From assembly GCA_945861645.1 (NCBI GenBank), contig CAMAVZ010000014.1, positions 1 through 51,652 on the forward strand: a stretch of DNA of 51,652 bases, read 5' to 3'. Source of the DNA: Opitutus sp. GAS368. GTDB taxonomy: Bacteria > Verrucomicrobiota > Verrucomicrobiia > Opitutales > Opitutaceae. A model generated the notes under the pieces. It was not told the DNA's origin and made no database searches. It saw only the letters and a program-made list of their open reading frames with translations. The position numbers were made by a program, and so were the translations under genes. This document shows positions 18,977 through 28,518 of this stretch, piece by piece (the stretch's first letter is position 1; every line of letters starts with the position of its first letter).

Positions 18977-20023
18977 ATGTCAACCTACCTTGTCACCGGT
19001 GCCGCTGGCTTTATCGCCGCCAAGGTCTGCGCGCAACTGCTCGCGGCGGGCCACACGGTAGTCGGAATTGATAATCTGAACGATTATTATGATGTGCGTT
19101 TGAAGGATTATCGGCTCGCCCAGTTGCTGGACGAAACTGAGCAAGCCGACTTCCCCGCGGTGGGTGGTTCGCGATTCGCCCAGAGTAAGACCGCCCTGAC
19201 CAATCGAGCGGGATCGTTTATTTTTCGGTATCTCGATATTGAAAATTTAGCGCAATTGGACGCGCTCTTTGCGGAGTTTAAATTTTCCGCGGTCTTTAAT
19301 TTGGCGGGCCGCGCCGGTGTTCGCGCCAGCATGGAGAATCCGTATGTTTATCTGAGCACCAATACGCAAGGGACGCTGAATTTGCTCGAGTGTCAGCGCA
19401 AGCACGGGGTGAAAAAGCATGTGCTGGCCTCTAGCTCGTCGCTTTATGCGGGGAGTACGCTCCCTTTTCATGAAACGCAGTCGGTGAATACGCCGCAGTC
19501 ACCGTATGCGGCCACCAAGAAAGCGGCCGAGCTGCTCGCCTACAGTTATCATAAACTTTACGGGCTCGATATCTCCGTGCTGCGTTATTTTACCGTTTTT
19601 GGGCCCGCGGGTCGGCCGGACATGGCGCCGCTCCGTTTCATTAAATGGATTGATGAAGGCACGCCGATTACTCTCTACGGTGATGGTACGCAGACCCGCG
19701 ATTTTACGTACGTGGATGACATTGCCCGGGGCACCATCCTCGCCGTCCAGTCGCTTGGGTATGAGATTATCAATCTTGGGGGCGGGCAGAATTTATTTTC
19801 ACTCCAGCAAGTCATCGCCTTGATCGAAACCGCGCTGGGGAAAAAAGCCGCGGTACAAGTCGCCCCGTTGCACCCGGCGGACGTGAACGATACCTGGGCG
19901 GATATTGCCAAGGCGCAGCGGTTGCTCGGCTGGTCGCCACAAATTAGCGTGGCTGCCGGTTTTGCCCGAGCCGTGCAGTGGCACAGTCTCAATCGAGCTT
20001 GGCTCAAGACCTTGAAAGTATGA
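18977..20023 (+). CDS. NAD-dependent epimerase (UDP-glucuronate 4-epimerase-like)
   Basis: VTGAAGFIA, DNLNDYYDVRLK, AGVR, ASSSS, YAATKK, LRYFTVFGPAGRPDMA, RDFTYVDD. Confidence 0.9.
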   Translation: MSTYLVTGAAGFIAAKVCAQLLAAGHTVVGIDNLNDYYDVRLKDYRLAQLLDETEQADFPAVGGSRFAQSKTALTNRAGSFIFRYLDIENLAQLDALFAEFKFSAVFNLAGRAGVRASMENPYVYLSTNTQGTLNLLECQRKHGVKKHVLASSSSLYAGSTLPFHETQSVNTPQSPYAATKKAAELLAYSYHKLYGLDISVLRYFTVFGPAGRPDMAPLRFIKWIDEGTPITLYGDGTQTRDFTYVDDIARGTILAVQSLGYEIINLGGGQNLFSLQQVIALIETALGKKAAVQVAPLHPADVNDTWADIAKAQRLLGWSPQISVAAGFARAVQWHSLNRAWLKTLKV

Positions 20024-20075
20024 AACCAGCCGCGAGCCCGTTAGCGCGGGGCTACCAAGTTTAACGGGCTCGGGT

Positions 20076-21500
20076 ATGATTACTAATCGCCACCGCGGAC
20101 TCGTTCGGCTGCATGGGGCCGCTGTCGTGTTGATCGTCGCTTTATTTTTTTTGGTTTATGCAGAATTTATTATGCGCTTCGTCCCCGTGGTGCGGTTGTC
20201 GCGGGAGGTTAATCTGCTGCCGTATTTTCTCTGTGTCTTGCTGGGGCTGCTCGCGGGGGGCGGACGCCTGCGCGCGGTCGAGTCGCGCTTGACCCGGCTC
20301 AGTGGGCTCGCCGCGGTCGGCTTAGCGACGACGCAGATATTTTATGTAGCCCTAGCGGTTTTTAGTATGATGTTTGCGACGCAAGATCGCAGTATTAGCC
20401 GCTTGTTTCTCGGGACCTTCTTAGGGGGCAGTTGGCTGGGGTTAACTTGGTTGCATCAAGCGCTGCCGCCATGGTTGGCGCGTTTATTATACCGTCAGGC
20501 AGCGGGGATTCCTACCTTGTTGATTGGTCGCGCCGAGTTGTTGCCGCAATTGGCGGACTGGTTAGCTCAGCGGATGCAGCTTGGTTTGCAGCCGGTGGGT
20601 TTTCTTTCACTCGACCAATCGGCGCCGCCGTCGTCGCTGCATTCCGCCGTGCCTTTTGCGGGACAATTAACGGCCCTCCCTCAAATCTTGGCCGATAAGA
20701 ATATTAGTCAGGTGATTTTACTCGAGCTACCCACGAGCGCCGCCGTGGCTCGCCAGATTATTGCGGACTGTCAGGTGCGCGGTTGCCGTTTGTTAATTCA
20801 ACATCAAGTCGATGAATTGCTCGGGCATCCGGTTGAGTCCGTTGACGAAGAGGGGCATCATTTCTTTACCTTGCACTACGAGCCATTGGAGGAGCCCGTC
20901 AATCGCGCGTTGAAGCGCACCTTTGATCTGATGGTGGCTTTGCCCGTGGTGCTCTTGATCTTGCCCCCTGTGCTGCTGGTCGTGTGGCTGGGGCAGAGGT
21001 GGCAGGCGCCGGGACCGTTATTTCATACGCGGCTTCGCACCGGTGGCCGCCGCGGAGAGTTTGCGATGTTGAAATTTCGCTCGATGTGCGTGGGTCCAAT
21101 CGAAGCCAAGGCGGAAGCGCAGCAAGCGAGTACCACCGATCCGCGGATTTATCCTTTGGGACGATTTTTGCGCCGGCACAGTATCGATGAGTTGCCCCAA
21201 TTTTGGCATGTCTTGATGGGGTCAATGAGCGTGGTCGGTCCCCGGCCGGTTATGCCGCTGCTCGATGAGGAATTCGCGCGGCAAGTGCAGGCCTATCGCT
21301 CCAAGCATTGGGTTAAGCCCGGCATAACCGGCTTGGCGCAGAGTGGCGGCTTTCGCGGTGAAATTAAAACACCGGCCCAGCTCCAAGAGCGTATTCGCTT
21401 AGACCTTTATTATATCGCGAACTGGTCTTTTTGGCTGGATGTGCAGATCACGCTCAAGACGGCGGTTCAGCTTATTTTTCCACCGAGTTCGGCCTATTGA
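20076..21500 (+). CDS. Polyprenyl glycosylphosphotransferase (WcaJ-like initiating sugar transferase)
   Basis: Four N-terminal TMs, Rossmann-like middle domain, KRTFDL, KFRSM, DPR, SIDELPQF, MSVVGPRP, KPGITGLAQ, DLYYIANWS. Confidence 0.9.
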   Translation: MITNRHRGLVRLHGAAVVLIVALFFLVYAEFIMRFVPVVRLSREVNLLPYFLCVLLGLLAGGGRLRAVESRLTRLSGLAAVGLATTQIFYVALAVFSMMFATQDRSISRLFLGTFLGGSWLGLTWLHQALPPWLARLLYRQAAGIPTLLIGRAELLPQLADWLAQRMQLGLQPVGFLSLDQSAPPSSLHSAVPFAGQLTALPQILADKNISQVILLELPTSAAVARQIIADCQVRGCRLLIQHQVDELLGHPVESVDEEGHHFFTLHYEPLEEPVNRALKRTFDLMVALPVVLLILPPVLLVVWLGQRWQAPGPLFHTRLRTGGRRGEFAMLKFRSMCVGPIEAKAEAQQASTTDPRIYPLGRFLRRHSIDELPQFWHVLMGSMSVVGPRPVMPLLDEEFARQVQAYRSKHWVKPGITGLAQSGGFRGEIKTPAQLQERIRLDLYYIANWSFWLDVQITLKTAVQLIFPPSSAY

Positions 21501-21522
21501 TTCTAGCAGAGACCGGCCCTTT

Positions 21523-22125
21523 TTAGAAATTTCGAGTGTAGCGTGCGCCGCTTTCATTTACGAAAGTGAGCGAGTTGGCCGTGATTTCGATTAATTTTAA
21601 ATCAAGTTCATACTCCACAACATCGCCGTTACGGTAAACGCGATCGTTCATGAGAACTTTGCTGTCCGTAGCAGAGGCTCGGATACCCACGATGCGCAGA
21701 TTATCTACAAAACTGATGGCTTTAGCGCTAAACTTGGGCCGAGGCGGAGGGGGCGGGGGGGAGGTGACCACCGGGGGAGCACTCGGGGGGATTGGTATGC
21801 TGAAGGTCTCCGGCGCCTGGGTCGTCTTGACCACCGGAGGGGGCGCGGGGGAAATAGCTGGGGCGGCGCTGGGGGGGGGCTCCGCGGGCTGAAAGGTGGG
21901 CTGTCGCGAGCGCTGGAGCCCAAGGTAGGCGCCGATAAGCAAAATAAGCAGAGCGCTCGCGCTTAGGCCAATTCGAATGAGTAGGGTACTAAACGCCGGC
22001 GGTTTATCCCGTTTCACAATTTGTCCGATTGCTTCACCCTCGGGACCGGTTGCACCGGCGGCGGAAGCGCTTTCGCCGGTCCGCTGCTTTTGCGCCTTCT
22101 TGAGGGCATCATTGATCAGGCTCAT
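21523..22125 (-). CDS. GspB/ExeB-like membrane protein
   Basis: MSLINDALKKAQ start, one TM, Pro-rich linker, C-terminal LMNDRVYRNGD beta domain; follows an ExeA-like ATPase. Confidence 0.65.
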   Translation of the reverse strand: MSLINDALKKAQKQRTGESASAAGATGPEGEAIGQIVKRDKPPAFSTLLIRIGLSASALLILLIGAYLGLQRSRQPTFQPAEPPPSAAPAISPAPPPVVKTTQAPETFSIPIPPSAPPVVTSPPPPPPRPKFSAKAISFVDNLRIVGIRASATDSKVLMNDRVYRNGDVVEYELDLKLIEITANSLTFVNESGARYTRNF

Positions 22126-22238
22126 GTGGACGATGGGCGGGTTGAATCCGAGGACTCGCATGAGCGGATGAGCGTGGGTAAATTAAAAATCGAACACATA
22201 GAACTTCGGAGCAGTAAAAGGCAGTCGTTATATTTTCC

Positions 22239-23054
22239 TTAGTCAGTCAATTGCTTGATCTCTTTCACGGCGCGCCGCGCATCCCAGTAGTTTACTTCGT
22301 CCGAGTTGCGAATGAAAGCAGCCAAGAGGGCCTTGTCGCAAAGATTATTGATGATGCGCGGAATGCCGCGACTGGCCTGAAAAATTTGCCGCAACGCCCA
22401 CGGGGTAAAGTAGGGCCGGCCAATGCTGCCTGACACCGTAAGCCGGTGCTGGATGTAACGGTCCATTTCCTCGCGCGCGAAGGGGCGTAATTCATAATGG
22501 ACGAGAATGCGTTGGCGCAGCTGGCGTAATTCTTCGGCCGCGAGGCGATGTTTGAGCTCGGTCTGACCCAGGAGGACGATTTGCAGGAGCTTTTGCTTAT
22601 CGGTCTCGAGATTCGACAATAACCGTACTTGTTCAAAAACCTCGAAAGAAAGATTTTGCGCTTCGTCGATAATCAGGACGATTTCGCGGCCAGCGGCGAT
22701 GCGTTGGAGGAGGACTTGGTTCATTTGCGCGACGAGGTCGTTCTTACTGCGGGCCACTCGCGTTTCGCCTAGCTCGACTAAAATTGCCTTTAGCATCTGC
22801 GTCTCCGTGAGCCGTGGATTGAGCACCAGCGCGGTATCATAATGCTGGGGATCAAGTTCGCTGAGAAACCTGCGGCATAAGGTGGTTTTGCCGCACCCGA
22901 CTTCCCCGATCAGAACAATGAAGCCTTTTTTCTCGCTCACCCCGTATTTCAAATGCTGCAAAGCTTCCTGGTGGGTTTCGCTCAGGTACAGGAATTTGGG
23001 GTCAGGCGTAATATGAAACGGCATTTCCTGGAGGCCATAATAGCTCTGATACAT
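22239..23054 (-). CDS. ExeA/GspA-family AAA ATPase (ATPase domain only)
   Basis: MYQSYYGL..PF.ITPDP.FLY, Walker A GEVGCGKT, Walker B IIDEAQ, LRQRI, GIPRIINNLCD. Confidence 0.9.
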   Translation of the reverse strand: MYQSYYGLQEMPFHITPDPKFLYLSETHQEALQHLKYGVSEKKGFIVLIGEVGCGKTTLCRRFLSELDPQHYDTALVLNPRLTETQMLKAILVELGETRVARSKNDLVAQMNQVLLQRIAAGREIVLIIDEAQNLSFEVFEQVRLLSNLETDKQKLLQIVLLGQTELKHRLAAEELRQLRQRILVHYELRPFAREEMDRYIQHRLTVSGSIGRPYFTPWALRQIFQASRGIPRIINNLCDKALLAAFIRNSDEVNYWDARRAVKEIKQLTD

Positions 23055-23159
23055 CAGGCGCGAATTATCGGTGGCAGGGACTAAAAAGCACGACAAAAGG
23101 ATGCCCGCGCGATCTGAAAAAAGTTGCTTGGGCCGCCGCAGGTTCTTTTAACCACCTAG

Positions 23160-23459
23160 TTGCCTCCTGCGAATTTCAGTAAATTGCTGCTGGTTTTTTT
23201 TGCCGTGCTGTTCGCGGCTGTCGTGCTGTGGGCGGCCACATTTTTTATCCAGATGCATCGGGAATGGACTGCGTTAAACGTTCAAGAAATCAATAATCAA
23301 CGGCGTTTAGCCGAAGCCAATGCTCGGCTGCAAGAGCAGGAGAAATATCTCGATCAGCTCCGGCATGATCCCGCCTTAGTGGAACAGATCATTCGGCAAA
23401 AACTTGGTTATGCCCGCGAGCGTGAGTTCATTTTCCGGTTTGAAGACGACAAAAAGTAA
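23160..23459 (+). CDS. Septum formation initiator family protein (FtsB/DivIC-like)
   Basis: N-terminal TM, coiled coil, DPALVEQIIRQKLGYAREREFIFRF. Confidence 0.8.
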   Translation: MPPANFSKLLLVFFAVLFAAVVLWAATFFIQMHREWTALNVQEINNQRRLAEANARLQEQEKYLDQLRHDPALVEQIIRQKLGYAREREFIFRFEDDKK

Positions 23460-23485
23460 GCGCCAGTCTCACCATTAAAACCAAA

Positions 23486-23510
23486 AGCGAGCCGAGGTGA
23501 CTCGGCGCGC
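23486..23510 (+). terminator. Hairpin downstream of the ftsB-like gene
   Basis: GCCGAG-gtga-CTCGGC stem extended by GCG/CGC; weak U-tract. Confidence 0.4.
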
Positions 23511-23576
23511 TCTCTAGTGCTGATTTTTATGCCAAGATCTCTTCTGGCCGCCCCGTGCCTCCGGCTCTGGCCGATG

Positions 23577-23609
23577 CTCTGTTTGTAATATAATATATTA
23601 CAAATAGAG
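23577..23609. promoter_or_regulatory. 33-bp AT-rich near-perfect palindrome containing TATAAT
   Basis: CTCTGTTTGTAATATA-A-TATATTACAAATAGAG; 15 of 16 arm positions pair. Confidence 0.6.
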
Positions 23610-23733
23610 TGCCGTTGAAGGGCGCCGGGTTGACGTTGGGTGTGGCGATGGGCGCCGGAGCGGAGTTGGCTGATCAACGGTGGGCGAGTTTTTACGAGCG
23701 AATATCTGTCTGCCTTGCATGTTTTAGGCGGTT

Positions 23734-25179
23734 ATGGTTTTTATTTTCGCAGTGGAATCTGAACCATTAATGGCCGCTTTTCGGGCTGCGGGGCAGGAAC
23801 AGGTATTTGCGCATTGGCCGAGCCTCTCCGCTGCCCAACGGGCGAGCTTACTTGCGCAGGCGGCCGAGATTGATCTGCAGGAATTAGCGCGCTTGAACGC
23901 GGCCTTGGTCGTGGGCGCGGGCACAGCGACCTCGGTAAATTTGGCAGGGCTGGCGCCGGCGCCCTGTATTCAGCTGCCGACAGCTGGGGGTGACGCGCAG
24001 GCTTGGGCGCAGGCGGCGGCGATCGGGACCGCGGCTTTGCGGCAAGGTCGGGTAGCCGCCTTCACCGTCGCCGGCGGGCAGGGCACGCGGCTGGGTTACC
24101 CGGGGCCGAAAGGAACTTTTCCGGTTACGCCGGTTAAGCAAAAAACTCTATTCCAGCTTTTTGCGGAAAAAATTAAGGCGGCGGGCCTGCGCGCGGGTCG
24201 CCCGCTGCATTGGTTCATTATGACCAGTCAGGCCAATCACGAGGAAACCGAGCATTTCTTTGTGAGGAATAAATATTTTGGTTTAGATGTCAGTCGGGTG
24301 CATTTTTTCCGCCAGGGCCGCCTGCCTGCGGTCGATTTTAACGGAAAATTATTATTGGAAACTCCGGCGAGCCTAGCGCTCAGCCCAGATGGTCATGGCG
24401 GGTCACTGCGCGCCTTGCACCGCAGCGGAGCGTTAGATCTCATGCAGGCCGAGGGGATCGATACGATTAGTTATTTTCAGGTCGATAACCCCCTCGTCCG
24501 TTGTCTCGATGCGGCGTTTATCGGTTTTCACCTCAGCGCTCGGGCAGAAATGTCGAGCAAGATGGTCCGAAAAGCGTATGCCGATGAAAAAGTCGGCCAT
24601 TTTTGCCAACAAGCCGGCCAGGTCGTCGTCATCGAGTATAGCGATATGCCGCGGGCGATGCAGCGCGAACTGGAGATTGACGGCACCTTACGCTTCGGCG
24701 CGGGGAGCATCGCCATTCATCTCCTCGATCGTGAATTTGCCCGGCGGATGGCGGCGGGCGGCCCGGGGGTGGCGCTGCCTTTTCATCGGGCCGATAAAAA
24801 AATCGCCACCATCGATGCTCGGGGGCAACCTCTGCAACCGAGTAAGGTCAATGGCGTAAAATTCGAACTCTTTGTCTTTGATGCGTTACCCTTCGCCCGT
24901 AATTCCGTCGTGATCGAAACCGCGCGAGCTGATGATTTCAGTCCAGTAAAAAATGCGGAGGGCTTAGATTCACCCCAGAGCTCGCGGGCTGATCAACTCC
25001 GGCAATATGCCCGCTGGCTGCAATCCGTGGGCGTCGTGATGGCAACGGATCCGACCGGATTGCCCCAGCTCTCAATCGAAATATCACCGCTCTTTGGCGA
25101 CGATGCGACGTCTTTTGCGGAGCGGTGGCGGGCATTGCCGGTTAAGCCAACCATTGTTGACGGACTGTATTTGGCTTAA
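23734..25179 (+). CDS. UDP-N-acetylglucosamine/UDP-sugar pyrophosphorylase (eukaryote-type UDPGP family)
   Basis: AGGQGTRLG..GPKG, IMTS, SPDGHGG, QVDNPL, EKVG, IEYSD, KFELFVFDA, FSPVKNA. The true start may be the GTG at 23752. Confidence 0.9.
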   Translation: MVFIFAVESEPLMAAFRAAGQEQVFAHWPSLSAAQRASLLAQAAEIDLQELARLNAALVVGAGTATSVNLAGLAPAPCIQLPTAGGDAQAWAQAAAIGTAALRQGRVAAFTVAGGQGTRLGYPGPKGTFPVTPVKQKTLFQLFAEKIKAAGLRAGRPLHWFIMTSQANHEETEHFFVRNKYFGLDVSRVHFFRQGRLPAVDFNGKLLLETPASLALSPDGHGGSLRALHRSGALDLMQAEGIDTISYFQVDNPLVRCLDAAFIGFHLSARAEMSSKMVRKAYADEKVGHFCQQAGQVVVIEYSDMPRAMQRELEIDGTLRFGAGSIAIHLLDREFARRMAAGGPGVALPFHRADKKIATIDARGQPLQPSKVNGVKFELFVFDALPFARNSVVIETARADDFSPVKNAEGLDSPQSSRADQLRQYARWLQSVGVVMATDPTGLPQLSIEISPLFGDDATSFAERWRALPVKPTIVDGLYLA

Positions 25180-25238
25180 TTTTATTTCGTATTTAGCGAC
25201 TTCGCGCCCACGCTTTTAAATTTTCGCCGTAAATTTCC

Positions 25239-27188
25239 ATGAATTATTCTGATCAAATAGCTCTCGCCGTAAAAAACGGCCAGCTAATGTCGAGCGCCGC
25301 TGAAAATCTGCAGGCTTGGTGCAACGCTGGCTTGCCGGTCTGGGCGCAGCAAAGTTTAGGCGAACTCGTGGCCCGCGGGGAGTGGAGTGAACTCAATGAT
25401 CGTTTCTATCGTTACCTTGAGTTTGGTACGGGCGGAATGCGGGGGCGGACCATCGGCCAGGTAACGGCCCAGGCCGAGACGGGCCAGCTCAGTGCGGCCG
25501 GCACGCCCGAGCACGCCAATGTCGGCAGCAATTTACTAAATGATTTCACCCTGATCCGAGCGATCATCGGTCTCCATCGTTATGTGCATAGCTATTTGCA
25601 GGCGCAAGCGAGCGCGGCGCGCCCGAAGCTCGTGATCGCTCACGATGTGCGGCATTTCTCTCGGCATTTTTGTGAACTAGCCGCCTCGACGTGGACGCGA
25701 CTCGGTGGGGAGGCGGTAATATTTGACGGTCCGCGTTCGACCCCGCAGTTGAGTTTTACCGTACGGCACCTCAAGGCGCACACGGGGGTGGTCATTACCG
25801 CCAGTCACAATCCGGCCCATGATAATGGATTTAAGGCTTATTTCACCGATGGGGCGCAGGTGATTTCACCCCAGGACAAAGGGATCATCACCGAAGTGGA
25901 TGCAGTCCCCTTATCCGCTGTGCAGGAATTTCTAACGAAAGATCTCCGCTCCGTGGTGACGCTGGGCAGCACGGCGGATGCGGCTTACTTAGCCGCCGCG
26001 GCCCAGGCGGTTATTGATCCCGGTCTGCTCCGAGCGACGCCACTCAAGGTGGTTTTCACCAATCTCCATGGCGTCGGCGCCATTTCCTCCCTGCCGCTCT
26101 TGCATCAAGCCGGCATCACGGTGACGCCGGTGCCCGAGCAATTAGTCGGCGATGCCCGATTCCCCACCGTAAAATCCCCGAATCCGGAAAATGCGGCAGC
26201 CTTAGCCATGGCGGTCGCGCTTGCCGAACAGAACGGCGCGGAAGTTGTGATGGCCACTGATCCCGATTGCGATCGCATGGGGGTGGCGGTGCGTAATCGT
26301 GCGGGGAAAATGGAATTACTCACCGGCAACCAAGTGGGGGCATTATTAGCCGATTACCGGATTACTATGTATAAAGAGCTCGGCTGGATCCCCCGTACTG
26401 GGAGCGAGTCGGTCGCGATCATCAAAACTTTTGTGACGACGCCCCTGCAGGATGCGATTGGGCGGGGGCATGGCGTTAAAGTTATTAATACGCTGACGGG
26501 CTTTAAATGGATCGCAGGCAAGCTTCGTGGCTATGAGGAGCAGTTGGTTGCCGCGAAGGGTGGGGATTTCGATTATGAGGCCGCGCCGTTTCGGCAACGC
26601 GCGGCTGATCTGCAGGCGCACAGTACTTTTGTGCTGTTTAGCTCGGAGGAAAGTTATGGTTATTTACCCAATGACTTAGTGCGCGATAAAGACGGCAACG
26701 CGGCGTGTCTGATGTTTGCTGAGGTGTGTGCCTGGGTGAAATCACGTGGCCTGACGGTACCCGAATATCTCAATGAGATTTATCTCAAGTACGGCTTCTT
26801 CCTCGAAGGCGTGATTAACATTTATTACGAAGGGGCGAGTGGGGCGGCGAAAATAAAACGAATTCTGGGAAGCTATCGGCAAAATGCACCAACGGCATTT
26901 GGCGCGACTGCCGTTACCCGTTTTCAAGATTTCGGGCGGGAAAAATTTTCGGATGCCGACGGGGAGTTAATTCCTGCGCAGGATTTATACTTGGTAACGC
27001 TGGCAAACGGCTATTCCTTCGCGGCGCGGGGGAGTGGCACGGAGCCCAAGATGAAGTTCTATCTTTTCGCGCAAGAACAGGCGAAATCAGCGGCTGCGTT
27101 GCCGGCGGCTAAGGCTCGGGCCCAAGCGACCCTGGATGGCTTAAAGGCGCTAATCGAAACTGACGCTCGCCGCCGCGCGGAAGGCTGA
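25239..27188 (+). CDS. Phosphoglucomutase/phosphomannomutase (phosphohexomutase)
   Basis: EFGTGGMRG, ITASHNP, TDPDCDR, EESYG, RDKDG, RGSGTEPKMK. Confidence 0.93.
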   Translation: MNYSDQIALAVKNGQLMSSAAENLQAWCNAGLPVWAQQSLGELVARGEWSELNDRFYRYLEFGTGGMRGRTIGQVTAQAETGQLSAAGTPEHANVGSNLLNDFTLIRAIIGLHRYVHSYLQAQASAARPKLVIAHDVRHFSRHFCELAASTWTRLGGEAVIFDGPRSTPQLSFTVRHLKAHTGVVITASHNPAHDNGFKAYFTDGAQVISPQDKGIITEVDAVPLSAVQEFLTKDLRSVVTLGSTADAAYLAAAAQAVIDPGLLRATPLKVVFTNLHGVGAISSLPLLHQAGITVTPVPEQLVGDARFPTVKSPNPENAAALAMAVALAEQNGAEVVMATDPDCDRMGVAVRNRAGKMELLTGNQVGALLADYRITMYKELGWIPRTGSESVAIIKTFVTTPLQDAIGRGHGVKVINTLTGFKWIAGKLRGYEEQLVAAKGGDFDYEAAPFRQRAADLQAHSTFVLFSSEESYGYLPNDLVRDKDGNAACLMFAEVCAWVKSRGLTVPEYLNEIYLKYGFFLEGVINIYYEGASGAAKIKRILGSYRQNAPTAFGATAVTRFQDFGREKFSDADGELIPAQDLYLVTLANGYSFAARGSGTEPKMKFYLFAQEQAKSAAALPAAKARAQATLDGLKALIETDARRRAEG

Positions 27189-27201
27189 TCGCCGCTGCGC
27201 T

Positions 27202-28479
27202 TTAGACCAGCAGCAGCGCGGGTTTCTCGAGAAGACCTTTCAAGGCGGCGAGAAATTGCGCGCCAAGGGCGCCGTCGACGACGCGGTGGTCGCAGGAAAG
27301 CGTCAGCGTCATAGTCTGGCCAACCACAATAGTTCCATTTTTAACCACTGGCTTAGTGACGGTGGTCCCCACGGCGAGGATGGCGGCGTTTGGCGGATTG
27401 ATAATCGCGCTAAATTTGGGAATGCCCATCATGCCGAGGTTGGAAACGCAGAACGTGCCGCCCGTGAATTCCTCGGGCTTAAGTTTCTTTTGCTTGGCGC
27501 GCTGGCCGAGCGGTTTGACCTCAGTGCTAATCGCGAAAACAGATTTGAGGTGGGCATCACGAATCACCGGCGTGATGAGGCCATCTTCGATCGCCACGGC
27601 AAAGGAAACGTGTGCGGCGCCGTGGTAGTGGATACCTGAGCCCGTCCACGAGGCATTAACACCGGGGACGCGGCGGAGCGCTTCCGCGCTGGCCTTGAGG
27701 ATGAAATCGTTGATCGACAACTTAACGCCTTCTGTGGCCAAAGCAGTGTTGAGCTGAGCGCGAACGGTGAGCAACGGGTCCGCGTCGACCTCAATTTCTA
27801 AATAGAAATGCGGGATTTGGGTCTTCGCCTCGAGCAGACGCTTTGCGATGGTCGCCCGCATATTTGTCGCGGGCACAGTGCGCTCCGCTTGGATAGGACC
27901 GGTGCGGAGTAGCGCGACAGATTTCGGCGCAACCGCCGGCAAAGGATTGGCGGCGGCGGCGAGGACATCGGCCTTGACGATGCGTCCGCCGGGGCCAGAT
28001 CCGCTCAGGTGGGTGGCATCGATCTTTTGATCGGCGGCAATTTTTCGGGCGAGGGGGGAGATTTTTAGCCGATCGGCGGAGGTCTGCGAGGCCGCGGAGG
28101 GCACGGTAGCGAGGGTGGGAGCTGGCACTGGTACGGGCGCGGCAACGGGCGACGGTGCGGTCACCACGGGAGCGGCGGGTACGGCGGCGGGCGGTGGGGG
28201 CGGGGCTGCGCTGGCCACTGGCGGTGTGGGCGCGGCTTCGCCTGGTTTACCGATGGCGCAAAGTGGCGCGCCGATCGCTACTTCGGAACCAGCCTCAGTA
28301 TAAATTTTGATGAGCGTCCCCGTGAAGAAAGTTTCCAGTTCCATCGTGGCCTTGTCGGTCTCGATTTCGGCGAGCATGTCGCCCGCTTGAACGGCATCCC
28401 CTTCTTTTTTGAGCCATTTAATTAACGTGCCCACCGACATCGTGTCGCTGAGCTTGGGCATATCAATGAGGTCGGCCAT
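27202..28479 (-). CDS. pdhC: Pyruvate dehydrogenase E2, dihydrolipoamide acetyltransferase
   Basis: Lipoyl ETDKA, Pro/Ala linker, SPLARK..GSGPGGRI, DHRVVDGA. Confidence 0.95.
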   Translation of the reverse strand: MADLIDMPKLSDTMSVGTLIKWLKKEGDAVQAGDMLAEIETDKATMELETFFTGTLIKIYTEAGSEVAIGAPLCAIGKPGEAAPTPPVASAAPPPPPAAVPAAPVVTAPSPVAAPVPVPAPTLATVPSAASQTSADRLKISPLARKIAADQKIDATHLSGSGPGGRIVKADVLAAAANPLPAVAPKSVALLRTGPIQAERTVPATNMRATIAKRLLEAKTQIPHFYLEIEVDADPLLTVRAQLNTALATEGVKLSINDFILKASAEALRRVPGVNASWTGSGIHYHGAAHVSFAVAIEDGLITPVIRDAHLKSVFAISTEVKPLGQRAKQKKLKPEEFTGGTFCVSNLGMMGIPKFSAIINPPNAAILAVGTTVTKPVVKNGTIVVGQTMTLTLSCDHRVVDGALGAQFLAALKGLLEKPALLLV

Positions 28480-28518
28480 GGTGGGAAAAAGGCTAAGGTT
28501 TTAGTGCTAAACCGTAAA

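Noticed and set aside
21871-21879. G9 homopolymer in the gspB-like gene
   Set aside because: In frame, encodes a Pro run in a Pro-rich linker; no disruption.
23577-23609. Palindrome as a XerCD dif site
   Set aside because: TAA and TTA are 9 nt apart rather than 6, and the TTATGTTAAAT XerD arm is absent.
23619-23640. GGCGCC..GTTGACG resembling the glmS ribozyme core upstream of a UDP-GlcNAc enzyme
   Set aside because: No P1 stem between the two elements, no GACGAGG and no downstream core.
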